Source of the DNA: Paraspadella gotoi
Taxonomy: Eukaryota; Animalia; Chaetognatha
Direction of reading: 5' to 3'
DNA: 64,000 nucleotides
Assembly: GCA_051294375.1 (NCBI GenBank)
Contig: CM119268.1
Location: forward strand, 19,120,323-19,184,322
Part shown: piece after piece, positions 37,993 through 51,149 of the stretch
Numbering within the stretch: the stretch's first letter is position 1
How the letters are laid out: each line of letters begins with the position of its first letter
Translations under genes and position numbers: made by a program
Notes under the pieces: generated by a model
Seen by the model: only the letters and a program-made list of their open reading frames with translations
Told to the model about the DNA's origin: nothing
Database searches by the model: none

Positions 37993-40900
37993 ATGATGGA
38001 CGACAACCTCGATGACACGCCCCCTTCCTCGGCCCAACCGCTTTCAAAGCCCTCTGTCGGACCCGATGAAAACTCAAAAGAACAACCTGAAACGAATGTC
38101 GACGGCGAAACTAAAGAACACGTCGTCCCGATCGAGGAAAATGAAAAACTAGAAACATCAACAAAAGAAGAACGGGACAATAAAATCTCCAAAGAAATAT
38201 TAAAGGAAAATTGGATCGAGGAGACGAACGAAAAACTTGGAGAATTTTCGAACTTTTATCATCATCAACAACAACAACAACAACAACCTTGGACCCAGTT
38301 AACGACCAATCAGAATAGCGAGGAATCTGAAGGACCAATGAAATGCGTCGAAAATGGATTAGATGATCGAGAACAAAAGCTTGAGGAAGCTTCGGAAAGC
38401 AAAACTCAGACAATAACAAAAATAGAAGAACAATCGAACGAAACAAAGGAACAATTGATCGAAACGAAAGAAGAATCGAAAAAAACAAAAGAACACTCGA
38501 AAGAAACGAAAGAACAATCGATCGAAACGAGAGAACAATCGATCGAAACCAACGAACAATCGATCGAAACGAACGATCAATCGATCGAAACCAACGAACA
38601 ATCGAAAGAAAAGAACAATGTTCCCATAGCCGCCGCGAGGCGACGCTTTTTCGCCGCTCAACAAGAACATGCCGCTCTGTCGGAAGATGACGTCGTGAAA
38701 GTCGCCGAAGACGCAGCTGCCGATTCAACCGCATCTGCCGAAGCAGCGGCGCCGGTAGAAGAGGAAAGCTGTCGCGCAGTCAGTCTAGAAAATAGCGCTG
38801 GCGCCCTGGTCAAAGACGATGACAACGCCGTTCAAAAGAACGCCGATGAAAATGACGCCGGCCTTGTGATTGGCGGCGCTCTTTCCAGCGAGGACTCGGC
38901 CGTGGAGGACGAGGCGGCGTTGACGTCCTCTTCTCACTCATCGTTGACGCTGAGAGGAGTTGACGAGGAGGAGGAGGAGGAGGAGAAGAAGGAGGAGGAG
39001 GAGAAGAAGGAGGAGGAGGAGAAAAAGGAGGAGGAGGAGAAGAAGGAGGAGGAGAAGGTGAGGGAGGACATCGAAGAGGAAAAGAAGAAGGAGACGAGGA
39101 ACGACGAGAGAAATCGAGAGGCTTTTACTGGTGAGTGATAAAGAAAAGCGGGTTTGTGATAAGTGTGGGGATAAGTGATTGATCTAAGTGATAAAAAGTT
39201 GTAATGGATTACAAAAATGTAAATTTTGTTATGTTAAATGTTACAGAGTTAAAAAAAATTGTGAATAGTTTCCGAACTTTCCTCAAAACTTTATGAACTT
39301 TAGGTCTTTCGGACATGTCACGTACTTCTTTTATTAAAGGGTAATTTAGGATAAAGAAAAAAACAAACAATGTAAATAGTAAGACGACAATGTACCTTCT
39401 CTCTCATTTTCGCTCTCATAAATTCACATAAGTCAAAGTTCGTTTTAATTTTAAAAGTCCATTTTTCTAAATACGAATTGTCGAGTACAAAACAATTTCA
39501 GGAATTTCATTTAAAAACATCGAATACAACGACAACTCTCTCTCTCTCTCTCTCTCTCTCTCTTTATCTTCTCTCTCTCTCTTTCTCTCTTATCTCTCTC
39601 TCGTCTGCCCTTCCACACAGAATGTCCCGAGGTTCTGTTGGAAATTCAAAAGATGAATCTCGCCGAGGCGATTCAGCACAATCGAAGGATGAAGAGGAGC
39701 ATGTCATTGACGACGACGACGACGACGACAACGACGACGAACGGAACTTCCTCGCCGGCGTCGCCGACCTTCGACGACGCCGGTTCGCCCTCGACTAACG
39801 GCGCCCTATCACCCAGAAACGGCGCCACTTCGCCAGGTGAGGACTGAAAAATTATCTTCTGGTTTTTTGTTTGGGTTTTTTTTTATATTTTGTTTGTTGT
39901 TTGACTGTTACTCCTTAATTATTTAAGAAATATTTTCCCACTAGAGCTGCTGGTCCATTTTTTGACACTTTCCGTGAGTCTGTCCGTCCGTCCGTTTCTT
40001 TGTCCGTCACGTCCGTCCGTTCTATTTGTCACGATTCTCAAGTTATATTATCATTTTCCCTGATTAAGTAAACGATACTTTTTCGTGACTTAAAAAAAGA
40101 GAAACTTCAGCTCATTAATCCATTAATTTGTCGCCTCCGGGATTTTTTTAAGCTATAAATTAAGTTAGTATTTATATAGAAACTCTATGCAGCTTTGTCC
40201 AAGGATAAAGTATATTCGTAGGGATATTTGTCCTTTCGTATAAAGCCTTTCCTTAATAACAAATAAATCATCAGATTAAAGCCAAGTGTTCATATTCATA
40301 TTTATTTCCTAATCATTCCTTACTGTACATTAGGGTGAAGTGAAAGTTTGAAATCAAAATTTAGCAAATATATTTTGAAAACTATTATATTAGTAAATAC
40401 TAATCTGTAATTTTTTTTTCTTTTTTTACAAATATAGTAGCCCAGTCAGCTTATTTTGTACATAGTATATTATTACATTATATAATGTCAAAAATTCAAG
40501 ATATTTTTTATAAATTCTGAGAACAGATTCAGATTCCTTGTTAAAAGTTAATAGAAGAAAATATAAATCTTTTTCAAAAATTATATCATTAAGTAGGTTA
40601 AAATTATAAAAAAAACTATATTTTTAAGCTCGAAATTGAAAATCGGCATCTTAAATACATTTTTTTATATTTTTAATCAACTTAATGAAAGAATTTTTAA
40701 AAAAGAATTATACTTTCTTATATTAACTTTTTGCAAGAAATCCAAATCCGATCTTAAACTTTAAAAATTTGTATTTTGAAATTTTAGCTTATAATATACT
40801 TAATACTATATATAAATATAGCTCATTGGTGGCCACTAATGTATAAAATTAAAAAATAAATTTACCAAAGTATTTTTATTGGTTTTTATTTTCAAGTTTT

Positions 40901-41015
40901 ATATGCTAAATTTTAATTTTCTAAAATTTTATCATTTTCACATCACTCTATAAATATTTTTTTTCGATGGCGCGAATTCTTTAACCTTTCATTTACGACC
41001 AAAGAAAAAAAATAT

Positions 41016-41070
<55 letters not shown>

Positions 41071-44000
41071 AGAGAAAGAGAGAGAGAGAGAGAGAGAATA
41101 AAAAATGGTCATGATGAAATCTGTGCGTACACAAATGGTTTCTTATCCCCCTCCTTTCTACCGGCCTTTCAACGTCGTTGATAAATTTATTTATTTTATT
41201 TATTTTATTAATTTAATTTTTTTAATAGATGTTAAAAATCAAAGTTCGAACTTCATCTTTAAAGACCTCGTTCGTTTTTCAGCGGAGGTGACGTTAATAC
41301 GAGATTTCCCTTTTTATTTTTCGCGTAAATCCGGACTCTGCTTTCTTTCTTTTCAATTCAAAGTTATATTAATATAAAAAATGGTATTGGTAAAATTAAA
41401 CTTTTACTGGATCATCTTATCTATTCATTTATCTTGAAGAGACAGTAATTATTGTTATGTGTTAGTGACAGAACCGTTCAATATAAGCAGTCCCTGAGCT
41501 TCGGAACAGGCTGTAAGACCATGTTACAGGCGGGTTAAGCGCCCCGTCCCTCTTAACTGCTAGGCGACCACCGGGCTAGAACCCCGGACCTTTGGGTTGG
41601 GAGGCGAATGTCTTGCCTCCGGCACCAATGGCCGCTGATGAACGGTTGGTGGATTTTAGTCCACCATAATCTATTATAATTTAAAATAATTTTAAATTGG
41701 CTAGTTGTGACTTTCATTTCGGTCAACTCGATATTTAATGTGCTTTAAAAATTATCAATAGTCGTTAAGTGGACAATTCTGCAAATTATTTTCTTTAGAT
41801 TTTACTACTTTTCTGACCATCCCCTTCATTGACGAGTTAAGTTTTTGTTTTTTTTTTTTGTCGGGGAAAAAGCCTCTTTCAATTTCCCGTCCCATTCTAG
41901 TCTACTACTGTTAAAACCCTTTTTTTGCGGTCTCTTTTTCCTCACAGAATTTTAAATTTCCCTAAAAAATATCAAACACTTATTTTTCTTCTTTTTTTTT
42001 ATTTCACTTAATTTATTTTCCTTTTTTTTTTTCATCGCGATCAGCGGAGCTGGAATTTTTCTTTCTTTTTTTCAAATTTTATTTAGAATCCGAAAAAGAA
42101 ACGAAAACAAATCGACTCTGATTTTTTTTAATTTTCTTAAAAGGAAAACTTTTTTAAAAAAGTTTGAGTTGTACGTTTTTTGTCCTTTTTTTATCCTTCG
42201 TGCCATCATGCTCGATTTAACTTTGGTTTTGAGAAACAAAAAAGAGTTAACTCATTTTTGCGTGTTATTTTCTCAACTGAGTTCGATTGTTTATGCATTT
42301 ACTGCATATTCGTTTTTATCTGACCCGTGAATTTCAATACTGATTACTTTATTTGATTTTATTCTTTGTTCACTAAATCTTAACAACTTTTCATTTCCAT
42401 TCCTCGATTTACGACCTTCATATAAGTCCTTACCTTTATGCAAAACAGTTCCAAGTTTTTTGTTTTTAAATTTTGATTTCCAGTTTTTTCTTCTTGAAAA
42501 ACGTTTGATGGCTTCGGGGGAAAAAAGTAAACCAATATTTTTTTTAAATGAACGAAATCTACTTTTTTTCGCTCTATCACTTACCTTACTTTATGTCTTT
42601 AGACATTGTACAAACATAGATATACTAGATAATTAGGGATGATTTAATTGAATGTTTATTGAGTAATCTCTTTCATTTTCATTTCTTTCTTTTTTTTTTC
42701 TTTTTTCTCTTTTTAGTCTATGATTCACTTTGTCGGTCCGTCGGTCCGCCCCCTCAATATTGTCCGACACTAACTTATATCATGTCAGAACATCGAATTA
42801 TGATAAATTGTCTGTCTGTCTGTCCGTCCGTCCGTCCGTCCGTCCGTTCGTCCGTCCGTCCCACATAAGCAAAAAACACCAATTACTCGTGATTGGATGG
42901 ATGGATTGGAATGAAATTTTGTGTGTGGGTAGGGAAGTGTGTGATTGAGCTGTATATGAAGTTTCGGTGGAATCGTCCGAGTGGAAGTGAGTTTAAATTG
43001 AAAAAGCAAAAAAATAAATTTCACTATTTGAACACCAATTACTCAAGAGTGGAGGGGGCGATTGACTTGAAATTTTGTATTTGGGTAGGAAAGTGTGTGA
43101 TTGAGCTGGAAATCAAGTTTGGATGGAATCGTTTTAGTGGAAATGAGTTTAAATGGAAAAAAACAAAAAACCTGTTTTACTAATTGATTACCCTTTTTTT
43201 TCCTTTTATATTAAATGTAAATGAAGGATGTATTAATAAATCATATAATTAATCAGTTAATTAATCAATTAGTCAATTAATTAATCAATAATTAATTAAT
43301 TAGTCAATCAATCCGTCCATCCGTCCCATCTTAGCAAAAAGCTCCAATAACTCGTGATTGGCTGGTTGGATTGGAATGAAATTTTGTGTCTGGGTAGGAC
43401 AGTGTGAGATGAAGCTGGATATAAAGTTTCGATGGAAACGTACGAGTGGAAATGAGTTTAAATAAAAAAAATATGAGTCACATTTACTTGAATCTTTTTG
43501 CTTTCACGATCTTGTTAGTCTTGCAATGTTACTTATTTTAACCCATAATTACTCGAATTAATCATAATTGAATTAATAAATTAAAAAGGAAAGTGTGTGA
43601 AGAAGCTAGATATAAAGTTTTGACGGAATTGTGCCAGTGGAAATGAGTTTAAATGGAAAAAACATAAGTCACATTTACTTGAATCTTTTTTATTTATGAT
43701 AATAAATGTTTTAATTGATTAATTAATTAATTTGAAAAAAATGATACAATTTAAAAAAATTATGCAAGTTGAAAAAATTATGCAAGTTGAAAAAATTATG
43801 CAAGTTGAAAAAATTATGCAAGTTGCAAAAAATTATGCAAGTTGAAAAAATTATGCAAGTTGAAAAAATTATGCAAGTTGAAAAAAATTATGCAAGTTGA
43901 AAAAATTATGCAAGTTGAAAAAATTATGCAAGTTGAAAAAATTATGCAAGTTGAAAAAATTATGCGAATTGTAAAATTGATGAAAATTGAAAAAAATGAT

Positions 44001-44155
44001 AAGTTGAAAAATTATGTGCGTGGAAAAAATTATGCAAATTGAAAAAATGATGCGAGTTAAAAAAGATTTTAAAAAATATTGTGATTTATCATCTGATTAG
44101 CAGATTACCGCTTAATTATTGTAGGCAGATCCGACATTGTTTGCTCAAACTTGTT

Positions 44156-44215
<60 letters not shown>

Positions 44216-44219
44216 TTTT

Positions 44220-44251
<32 letters not shown>

Positions 44252-47200
44252 TTTTCTATCTTTCTTTCTTTCTTTCTTTCTTTTTTTCCTTTTTTTCTTT
44301 CTTTTTTTCGTTCTTCCTTTATTTCAATTTTTCCCAAGGATTAATGTTTTATTTTTCCCATTTTGTTTGGATCAACGTAAACGTCGAAGTTGACGCGAAA
44401 ATTCCCGAGGCTCTCGTACAGTTTTGACAATGAGACTCATATCGAATTAAACAGAAACAAACGACGCTTCTTTCATAATTATTGGCGAGAAAATCCCGAA
44501 TGAACTTTTTTCGTTGATCTAAAACTAAAACGTCGTTAAGGTTTTTCTTACGGTTAAAAAAAATTAAAAAAGCGCGTCTTGATTATATTATATTTTTCCT
44601 TGAATTTCGTTAACGATACAAAATTACACTGAACAAAAACGGAAATTTCGTAGTACTTTCTTTTTCTCTTGGCTGTAAATTTTCACAAGATTTATTTACG
44701 GACACTATTTTCCATAAACGCCACATTTCTGTTCCTGAATCTATGAACCTAATTTTAACCCAAATATTTAATCTTAATCTTTTATTAAATACTCAACCCA
44801 ATTCCTTATCCTGATCCTTAACCCTAATTAGTAGTAACTGTAATTAGTAATAAATAACCCGAATCTAATCCCAAACGTTGATCTCTAATCTACTCTCTCT
44901 AAACCGATTCTCTGATTCCTAACCCTAACCCTAACCCTACCTTTAATCCTTATCCAAATCTAAACCCAAATCCTTTCCTTTATCTTTAAACCAACTGACT
45001 TTATTCTCAATTTAAGTTGAAATTGGTCACTTTTAGAAAATATGGCCGATTAACGATCTGACGAAACTATATTATACTATACTATACTTTATTATACTAT
45101 ACTATACTATACTAGTAAATTTTGATAGAACTTGGCTGCTATTATCCCACGCAAACAATGTCGGATCTGCCCACGATCATTACCGGTAATTAATTAATTA
45201 ATTAATACAAACTATATAAACTAAAATAATAATTTAATTAATAAATTAAATAATTTGATCCGAAATATTTGTTTTTAGGTCTTTTTGTCTCTGACCATGA
45301 CAAAAGCAATAATTAATTGATTTATAAATAAATTGATTGATTGAACAATTAATTATTAGATAACTAAATAAATTGATTGATTAAAAATTAAATGATTAAT
45401 TGACCGATCAATTAATTATTTATTAATTAATTTATTAACTAATTAATTATTTGATTAATTAATACATCTTGCATTTACATTTAATATAAAAGAAAAAGAA
45501 GCATAATCAATTAGTGAAACAGGTTTTTGTTTTTTCCATTTAAACTCCTTTCCATTCTGACGATTCCATCGAAACTTAATTTCCAGCTAAATCACACACT
45601 TTCCTACCCACATACAAAATTTCAAGTCCACTTATGAGTAATTGGCATTCAAATAGTGAAATAAATTTTTTTTCCATTTAAACTCATTTCCACTTGCACG
45701 ATTCTATTGAAACTTTATATCCAACTCAATCACACACTTTCCTACCCACACACAAAATTTCATTCCTATCCATCCATCCAATCACTAGTAATTTGAGTTT
45801 AATGCTAAGGGGGGACGGATGGACGGACGGACGGACGGACGGACAGACGGACAAGCAAACAGACACACAGACAGACAGACGGTCATCATTTTTTTGCATA
45901 ATTTATTATAATTTGATGTCCTGACATGATTTAGGTTAATGGACCGACGGACCGAGAATGTGTATTATAGAGTCGGAACCTGCTGATCAACAGATCCGAC
46001 TAAAAAAAATGTTATCAATCAATTTGCGAATTTATTCGACATTTTTGTTTCCGTCGTCATCCGTTTGCTTCCTTTTCTTCGTCCGGCAGATTCCGGCATA
46101 AACGTCGAAGGATCGCCGGAACCGATGGCGGATTCACCGAGACAAAACGGACGACGAATGTCGACGGATGAAAAGGAGAAGATGATCTCAGATGCGGAGA
46201 AGGTGGGGAGAAGGGATTGGATGTTATTGGATGAAATTTGATGAGATGAAAATAAATGGGATGACATTTGATGAGTTGGGATGAGATGGGATGAAATTGA
46301 TTAAGATGGCGTGAGATCTGATGAGATGGGAATAGCTGCGATGAGATTTAATAATATGGAAATAAGTGGGATGAGATTAGATGCGAGGGGAGGAAATGGG
46401 TTTCGATTTGATGAGGTGGGAAAAGCTTGAAAAATATTTAAAGAGATGGGAAGAGATGGCATGAGTTTTGCTGAGATGGGAGTGAAATGGATTGATTGAC
46501 AATTAACTGCTTATAATTTTATCGTTATGATTGGTTGATTGATGAATTATAAATTGATCGCTTGATTGTTGATTGATTGATCGCTTGATAAATAAATCTT
46601 ATTAAATATTGCCCATTCCCCCTCTTACCTCTTCCCCCCTTTCAAAACGTCAGGAGCGTCAGGAGTTCATCCGGTCCCAAATCGTCCGCCGCCGACGCAG
46701 CGACGTCCTGCCGTACACGCAGCCGCTCCCGACGGAGGATCGACTCGTCGCCGAGAAGCAGAGATCGACCGCGGCGATGAAGGCGGAGCACCGGAAGTAC
46801 AGCCTCGCCTCAAAGAAGAATCTTTGGGAGAAGATTGTGGAGGAAGAGGCGGAGAAGGCGAAACAGGTATATAAAATTTGGTTCAGCCAAATGTAAAAAT
46901 TGTTTATTCATTGCTATGTTGCCCCTAACATTTGACGGGCTATGGAGGGCTAAGGCTTTTGATCAAGACTCTCTCACTGTTAACTTCATTTACTCCTGGG
47001 GTACAATTAGCCTGATGATTCAGGAAGCCATAGGAAATCCTTAAATCCTTAAGTGCATTGTCATTAAAATGCGATACTCTATAATAAGGTTTGCAAAAAT
47101 CCATACAACGAAAATCAGAATGTCATAATTACAATAAAAAACTTAAGGCAATAAATATTGTTTATTTTGGCAACGGCAAACTTTTACCCCGTGAGCCAAA

Positions 47201-50027
47201 TCCGATGATACGACAGAAAAATTAATTGTACGTAAACTATACGCATATAAGAAAAATTTATAGCACCAATTGAAAGAAAAATCATTGACGTTTTTAAAAA
47301 GTTCAAAACATTGCTTAAAAACGCTTTAAAACATTCTCAAAATGTACAAAAAAGCTCAGCATCGCTAGAAAAAATTCTTCTTCATGGAGCAAAAAACCTT
47401 GTCCAAAAGCAGCTCTAATCTTTTACCATTACAAAAGTCGAATGCTCATAACAACTTTAGTTTCTGCTTACATACCTTTCTAGTTCTAAATCACCAAAAG
47501 AAAAAAAATAAGATTTTACAGTTTGGAACCTCAGGATAGCGAAGGAATATTCCCTCTTCTCAAACTGATTTTTCTTGAAATATAATGGAAAAAACTTTTA
47601 TGCAGCAGATGCTGTGATTCACTGGTCACTTTTTTCAAGCTTAAACTACCAATTTTTAAAATTGTCTTGCCATAAGCACTCCCTCTTTCTTTAGTTTTTC
47701 AATATAAGACAAGCTAATTATAGGCAGTGAATAGACATCTTCGTCTTGCCAATAATCTTTTGGCACAAAAAAGCAGTCTTGGAAATTGCTTAGTCCGCCA
47801 GTGAGAATTATTTGAATAAAAGCTGGAGCATCATTCTCTCAGGAACCAAGGGTTATGGACTTAATAGTGGGCAAAAAAACCCAATATATCTGTAACACTG
47901 CCTTAAAAACTTAATACAAAATTATTCATTGCACTCGATTTTTAACAAATACGATTCGCTGGAATAGGAATAGCTGGATAACTAAATAATAATCTTAAGG
48001 TTCTGGTGGTCCTATCACCACAGATGGATTAAAGCTGTTCCTTTCGCATCGCCTCAGTGGCTCAGTGGACTAATGCACCATCCCAATGGTTCAAGCCCTG
48101 AGGTTGTCATGTAGAAAGTGGGATGGACCGGGTAACCCGCCTGTAGGCAAGGGCCTACTGCCAGATCCAAAGCTCTGGACTACATGTACATGCTGTCTCG
48201 CTGTCGCCACGAGTTGACACCGCTGCGGGTGGGGCGCCCTGTAAAACCAGCCTCTTCAAGGTTATTAAAACATACGATGAAGCTTTTACACGGGTTTCAA
48301 ATGGGAGTAAAATAAAATGATCAAATACTGAGGCTAAATTATCTGATATAGCAACTTCAGATTTTGCACCCTGGTAAAAGAATTGCTGACATTTTTTATT
48401 TTCCAACTCCCAGTAATGCAGCTTGCTTAGTTTCTTAGTTATGTGCTCATCAATGGCATAACTCATAATTCACAACCACAATAATAGCCTTTTTCATTTT
48501 ACAATTTTTCTAGTTAAAAAAACCCGTGTTGATAAAAGTCGATTTTCCCATTTGGTTTTGGAACACTCAAGTTTAAAAAGCCATATCTCCTAAACACATT
48601 GATTCCTTTTTTAAAATATATTTATTTTTTTAATATAATTTTTAAAAATGTTTTTTTAACAGCGTTTGGAATTTAAAGTTATAAAGTTTGATTTCTTTTG
48701 CAAGACTTCTTTAGTGACAAATTACTTTGAAAAAAAAATGATATGTGATAGGTTAGAACTTCAGAACAACTGTATTACACCCCTCTGCTTAACTTTAATT
48801 CTTTTGGTAAAAAAAATTGATGCAGTTAATTGTGTGTTGTATTGATTACTATATTTTTTGAAACTACTCATGTTTTAAAAGGAAAACAAATCCTACTGTT
48901 AGCCACAGCTGCTTTTCATATTTTCCCAGGTTTAACTTGCCAATTATGATCACGGATCTGCATCTTCTCAACAATCATTTTAGCCCCGATTTTGATGCCT
49001 TAATGTTGTTAAGCTAAGCTGCTTAAATTGCTTGCCCAAAGGATTGAGAATGAATCTCTTATAAACCAACTGCCCTCCTAGACCTTGTAGAGGTCAATAA
49101 AACTGAAAATATTTAAACTGTAATCTTGGATACTGAATTAAAAATTATTCATGCGATGAGCCATCAATTTGACGACTTTGACATCTTCGCAAAAAAAAAT
49201 TATTTCAATTGTTAATAAAGATCACTTTAAATAAAATTTTAACATATACAAAAAACCGTTTACGGTTTCGAGCAGAAACCCATTTTCCTTCTATAGAAAA
49301 ACAGTTACGTTTATGTCGATGCAGTAAACCATGGCAATGATTTCTTTCGTGTCTCTGGATTTGGCTCACGGGTAGTAAATATAAAAATATAAAACTAAGT
49401 TAAGTTTCATCCCTTTTCTCTCCGTGACAGACCTACCGACCGACCACTAAGAAAACGCCCGGCATTACCCGCACAATGTCTTGGCAGCCGGTCTCTGCCC
49501 CTCCGCCTTCCAATTCCGCCTCGGCACCAACTCCAGCCGCCCGCATCAACCACCCGGCCCCTTCGCCTCGCCAACAACATCAACCGCAGCCTCAGCAAAA
49601 ACAACAACAGCAGCCGCAGCCCATTAATCGCCTGACGCAGAACCCGGCGGCGCAGAGGTTCCGCCGCCTTGACAAGAGCGACTCGGTGGCGGGCGCTCCG
49701 ACGGGATTTCAGTATCGAGAGAGAGAGAGCGCGACGGAGAGGATCAAGCGGGAGATTGAGGAGCAGAGGGAGAGAGAGGAGGAGTTGAGGAAGTTGGGGA
49801 GGATAGAGGGAGGAAGGAGAGGATCGGTGGAGGAAGCGCCTCTGGTGAGCGTTTCGCGATGCATGAGTAAAGAGGAGAAGAAGATGAAGAGGGAAGAGGC
49901 GAGAAGAAAAGGGGGGGGGGGAGTGGGAAACCGGAGGGGAAGGGGGGGGGGAAAAGGAGGAGTATTAAACCCGGGGGGGACCCGGGGGTTTTTTTCGTTT
50001 AGTTTTTTTTCTTTGGTGTTAATCTAG
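37993..50027 (+). CDS. AKAP2/MISP-like low-complexity coiled-coil protein; exons 37993-39130, 39621-39836, 46090-46202, 46654-46866, 49431-(49844 or 50027)
   Basis: All four introns are GT-AG with matching phases (1,1,0,0). The C-terminal IKREIEEQREREEELRKLGRI resembles the AKAP2/MISP motif. Exon 1 has ETxEQSx heptad repeats. The family call is tentative. Confidence 0.7.
40331..40950 (+). mobile_element. Older relative of the non-autonomous hAT element
   Basis: Imperfect TIR TAGGGTGAAGTGAAA...TTTTCACATCACTCTA, about 620 bp, with an interior similar to 5962-6583. The TSD is not preserved. Confidence 0.55.
41435..41668 (-). mobile_element. Family A copy 2 (tRNA-like head 41563-41635 plus twister)
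   Basis: Same ends as 2286-2517. 4-bp TSD ATCT at 41431-41434 and 41669-41672. Confidence 0.85.
41486..41561 (-). ncRNA. Twister ribozyme, type P5; predicted cleavage between 41537 and 41536
   Basis: AGCAGU-UAA-GAGG-GACGGG-GCGCU-U^AA-CCC-GCC-P3-GCCUGU-UCCGAAGC-UCAGG-G-ACUGCU, with one mismatch each in P3 and P4. Confidence 0.75.
42715..44155 (+). mobile_element. HINE/DINE-1-like element with (CTGT)/(CCGT) microsatellite, about 140-bp internal repeats and an 18-bp array (43755-44050)
   Basis: Starts in a T-run; (ctgt)n(ccgt)n at 42810-42860. The 3' subTIR GCAGATCCGACA (44125-44136) is followed by a small hairpin GTTTG-CT-CAAAC and a T-run. Confidence 0.7.
44701..45047. mobile_element. Small MITE-like element with degenerate TIRs and a telomere-like (AACCCT)n interior; relatives at about 8645-8788, 12073-12175, 15858-16000 and 53274-53460
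   Basis: Ends resemble GGCACTATTTTC.GAAAGGCGC...GCGCTTTCGGAAAAYAGTGC; the interior contains aaccctaaccctaaccct. Confidence 0.5.
45152..46008 (-). mobile_element. HINE/DINE-1-like element, inverted copy with an intact 5' hairpin
   Basis: The minus strand starts TTTTTTTAGTCGGATCTGTTGATCAGCAGGTTCCGACT (subTIR plus palindrome), then (ctgt)/(ccgt), and ends GGCAGATCCGACATTGTTTG. Confidence 0.7.
46240..46490 (+). repeat. Degenerate 10-bp tandem repeat (GATGAGATGG)n in an intron
   Basis: Visible periodicity. Confidence 0.75.
48002..48258 (+). mobile_element. Solo-LTR-like element, family C (short tRNA-like head 48051-48104 plus twister)
   Basis: Ends TCTGGTGG...CTCTTCA, like family A. 4-bp TSD AGGT at 47998-48001 and 48259-48262. 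A-box TGGCTCAGTGG, B-box GGTTCAAGCCC and stem GCCTCAG/CTGAGGT. Confidence 0.8.
48108..48186 (+). ncRNA. Twister ribozyme, type P5; predicted cleavage between 48133 and 48134
   Basis: CAUGUAG-AAA-GUGG-GAUGGA-CCGGG-U^AA-CCC-GCC-UGUAGGC(AAGG)GCCUACU-GCCAGA-UCCAAAGC-UCUGG-A-CUACAUG. P3, P4 and P5 show compensatory changes relative to family A. Confidence 0.85.
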
Positions 50028-51149
50028 TTGTATTTACTTTATCATACATATACTGTATAAATACTACGGTTTTGTTTGTGCGTTTCGTTTGACTGCGTTT
50101 ACAAGTTTTGAATCTTGAAATTTTTTTTTTTTTCAGTCCCTTTTCATCTTTCTTTTTCTTTCTTTCTGCATCTTTCCAGGTCTAAAGTGTAATTTAAAAA
50201 AAAACATTTGATATAAATTGCTAAAAATGATAATTGCTCGATTTTGTTTTTTTCTTCTGAAACGAATATCGTTTTTGCATGAAGTTGAACATTAAAGAGT
50301 TTTCGTCCTACCGAATCTCTTTTGTAACGTGTAAATATATATTCTTTTTAATTATTTGTAATTCTATCCTCGCGTTAAAACAAACTGTTAATCATTGATT
50401 GTGCCATTTAAAAAGAAATACAAAATAATTTAAGTTTCAGATCTTTTGTTTTTACTCAATCGAGATTAACTTTAAGCCCGAGAGGTGTCCGAGGTTTGTT
50501 AGAAAAACGGGAAATAAAAGTACATAGAAAAGTCCATTGAAAAGTTAATTGTTTTATAAAATTTTCATTTTATTTCAAAAGAATAGTATTTGAAAAAAAA
50601 TGCCAGACAACTCATTGCTATTGAGTACTACTCCTCGCTTAGATGAATAAACAAACGCGATTAATGAGTGATGTTTTTATAAAACAATATCAATCACGAT
50701 GATACTTTACAAAAAAAATTCATACATCAAAAATATATTGCAATAATGTCGATCCTTGACGAGACGGAAAGCCGTTCCTCCCTGCCCATTCAGTTCTTAA
50801 AGATGGCAAGAAAAAGGTCAAAAGCTACAGCTTAAAGGTTAACGGTTAACCTAAATCGAAACTCAGGGCAAACGAATAAAAATAATAAAATTATTTCATT
50901 ATTTATCGAAATTCACCCAATGTACTTTTTCCTCCATCTTTTCTTTCCTTTAATTCTTCATTTATCCCCCAAGATTCCCCCCTCCTCGTTCCGAAATAAA
51001 ATTAAAATAAGTTCATTCTATTTTTAAACAAAATTACGATCCTCTTCCACAGTCCACTCAATCCTCTTTCATTCCCCACCGACCCACCACGCCCAAACCT
51101 CGGTCCCCCCTGCCTCCACCCCCTCATCCTCCTTCTTCCCCTTTCGTCT

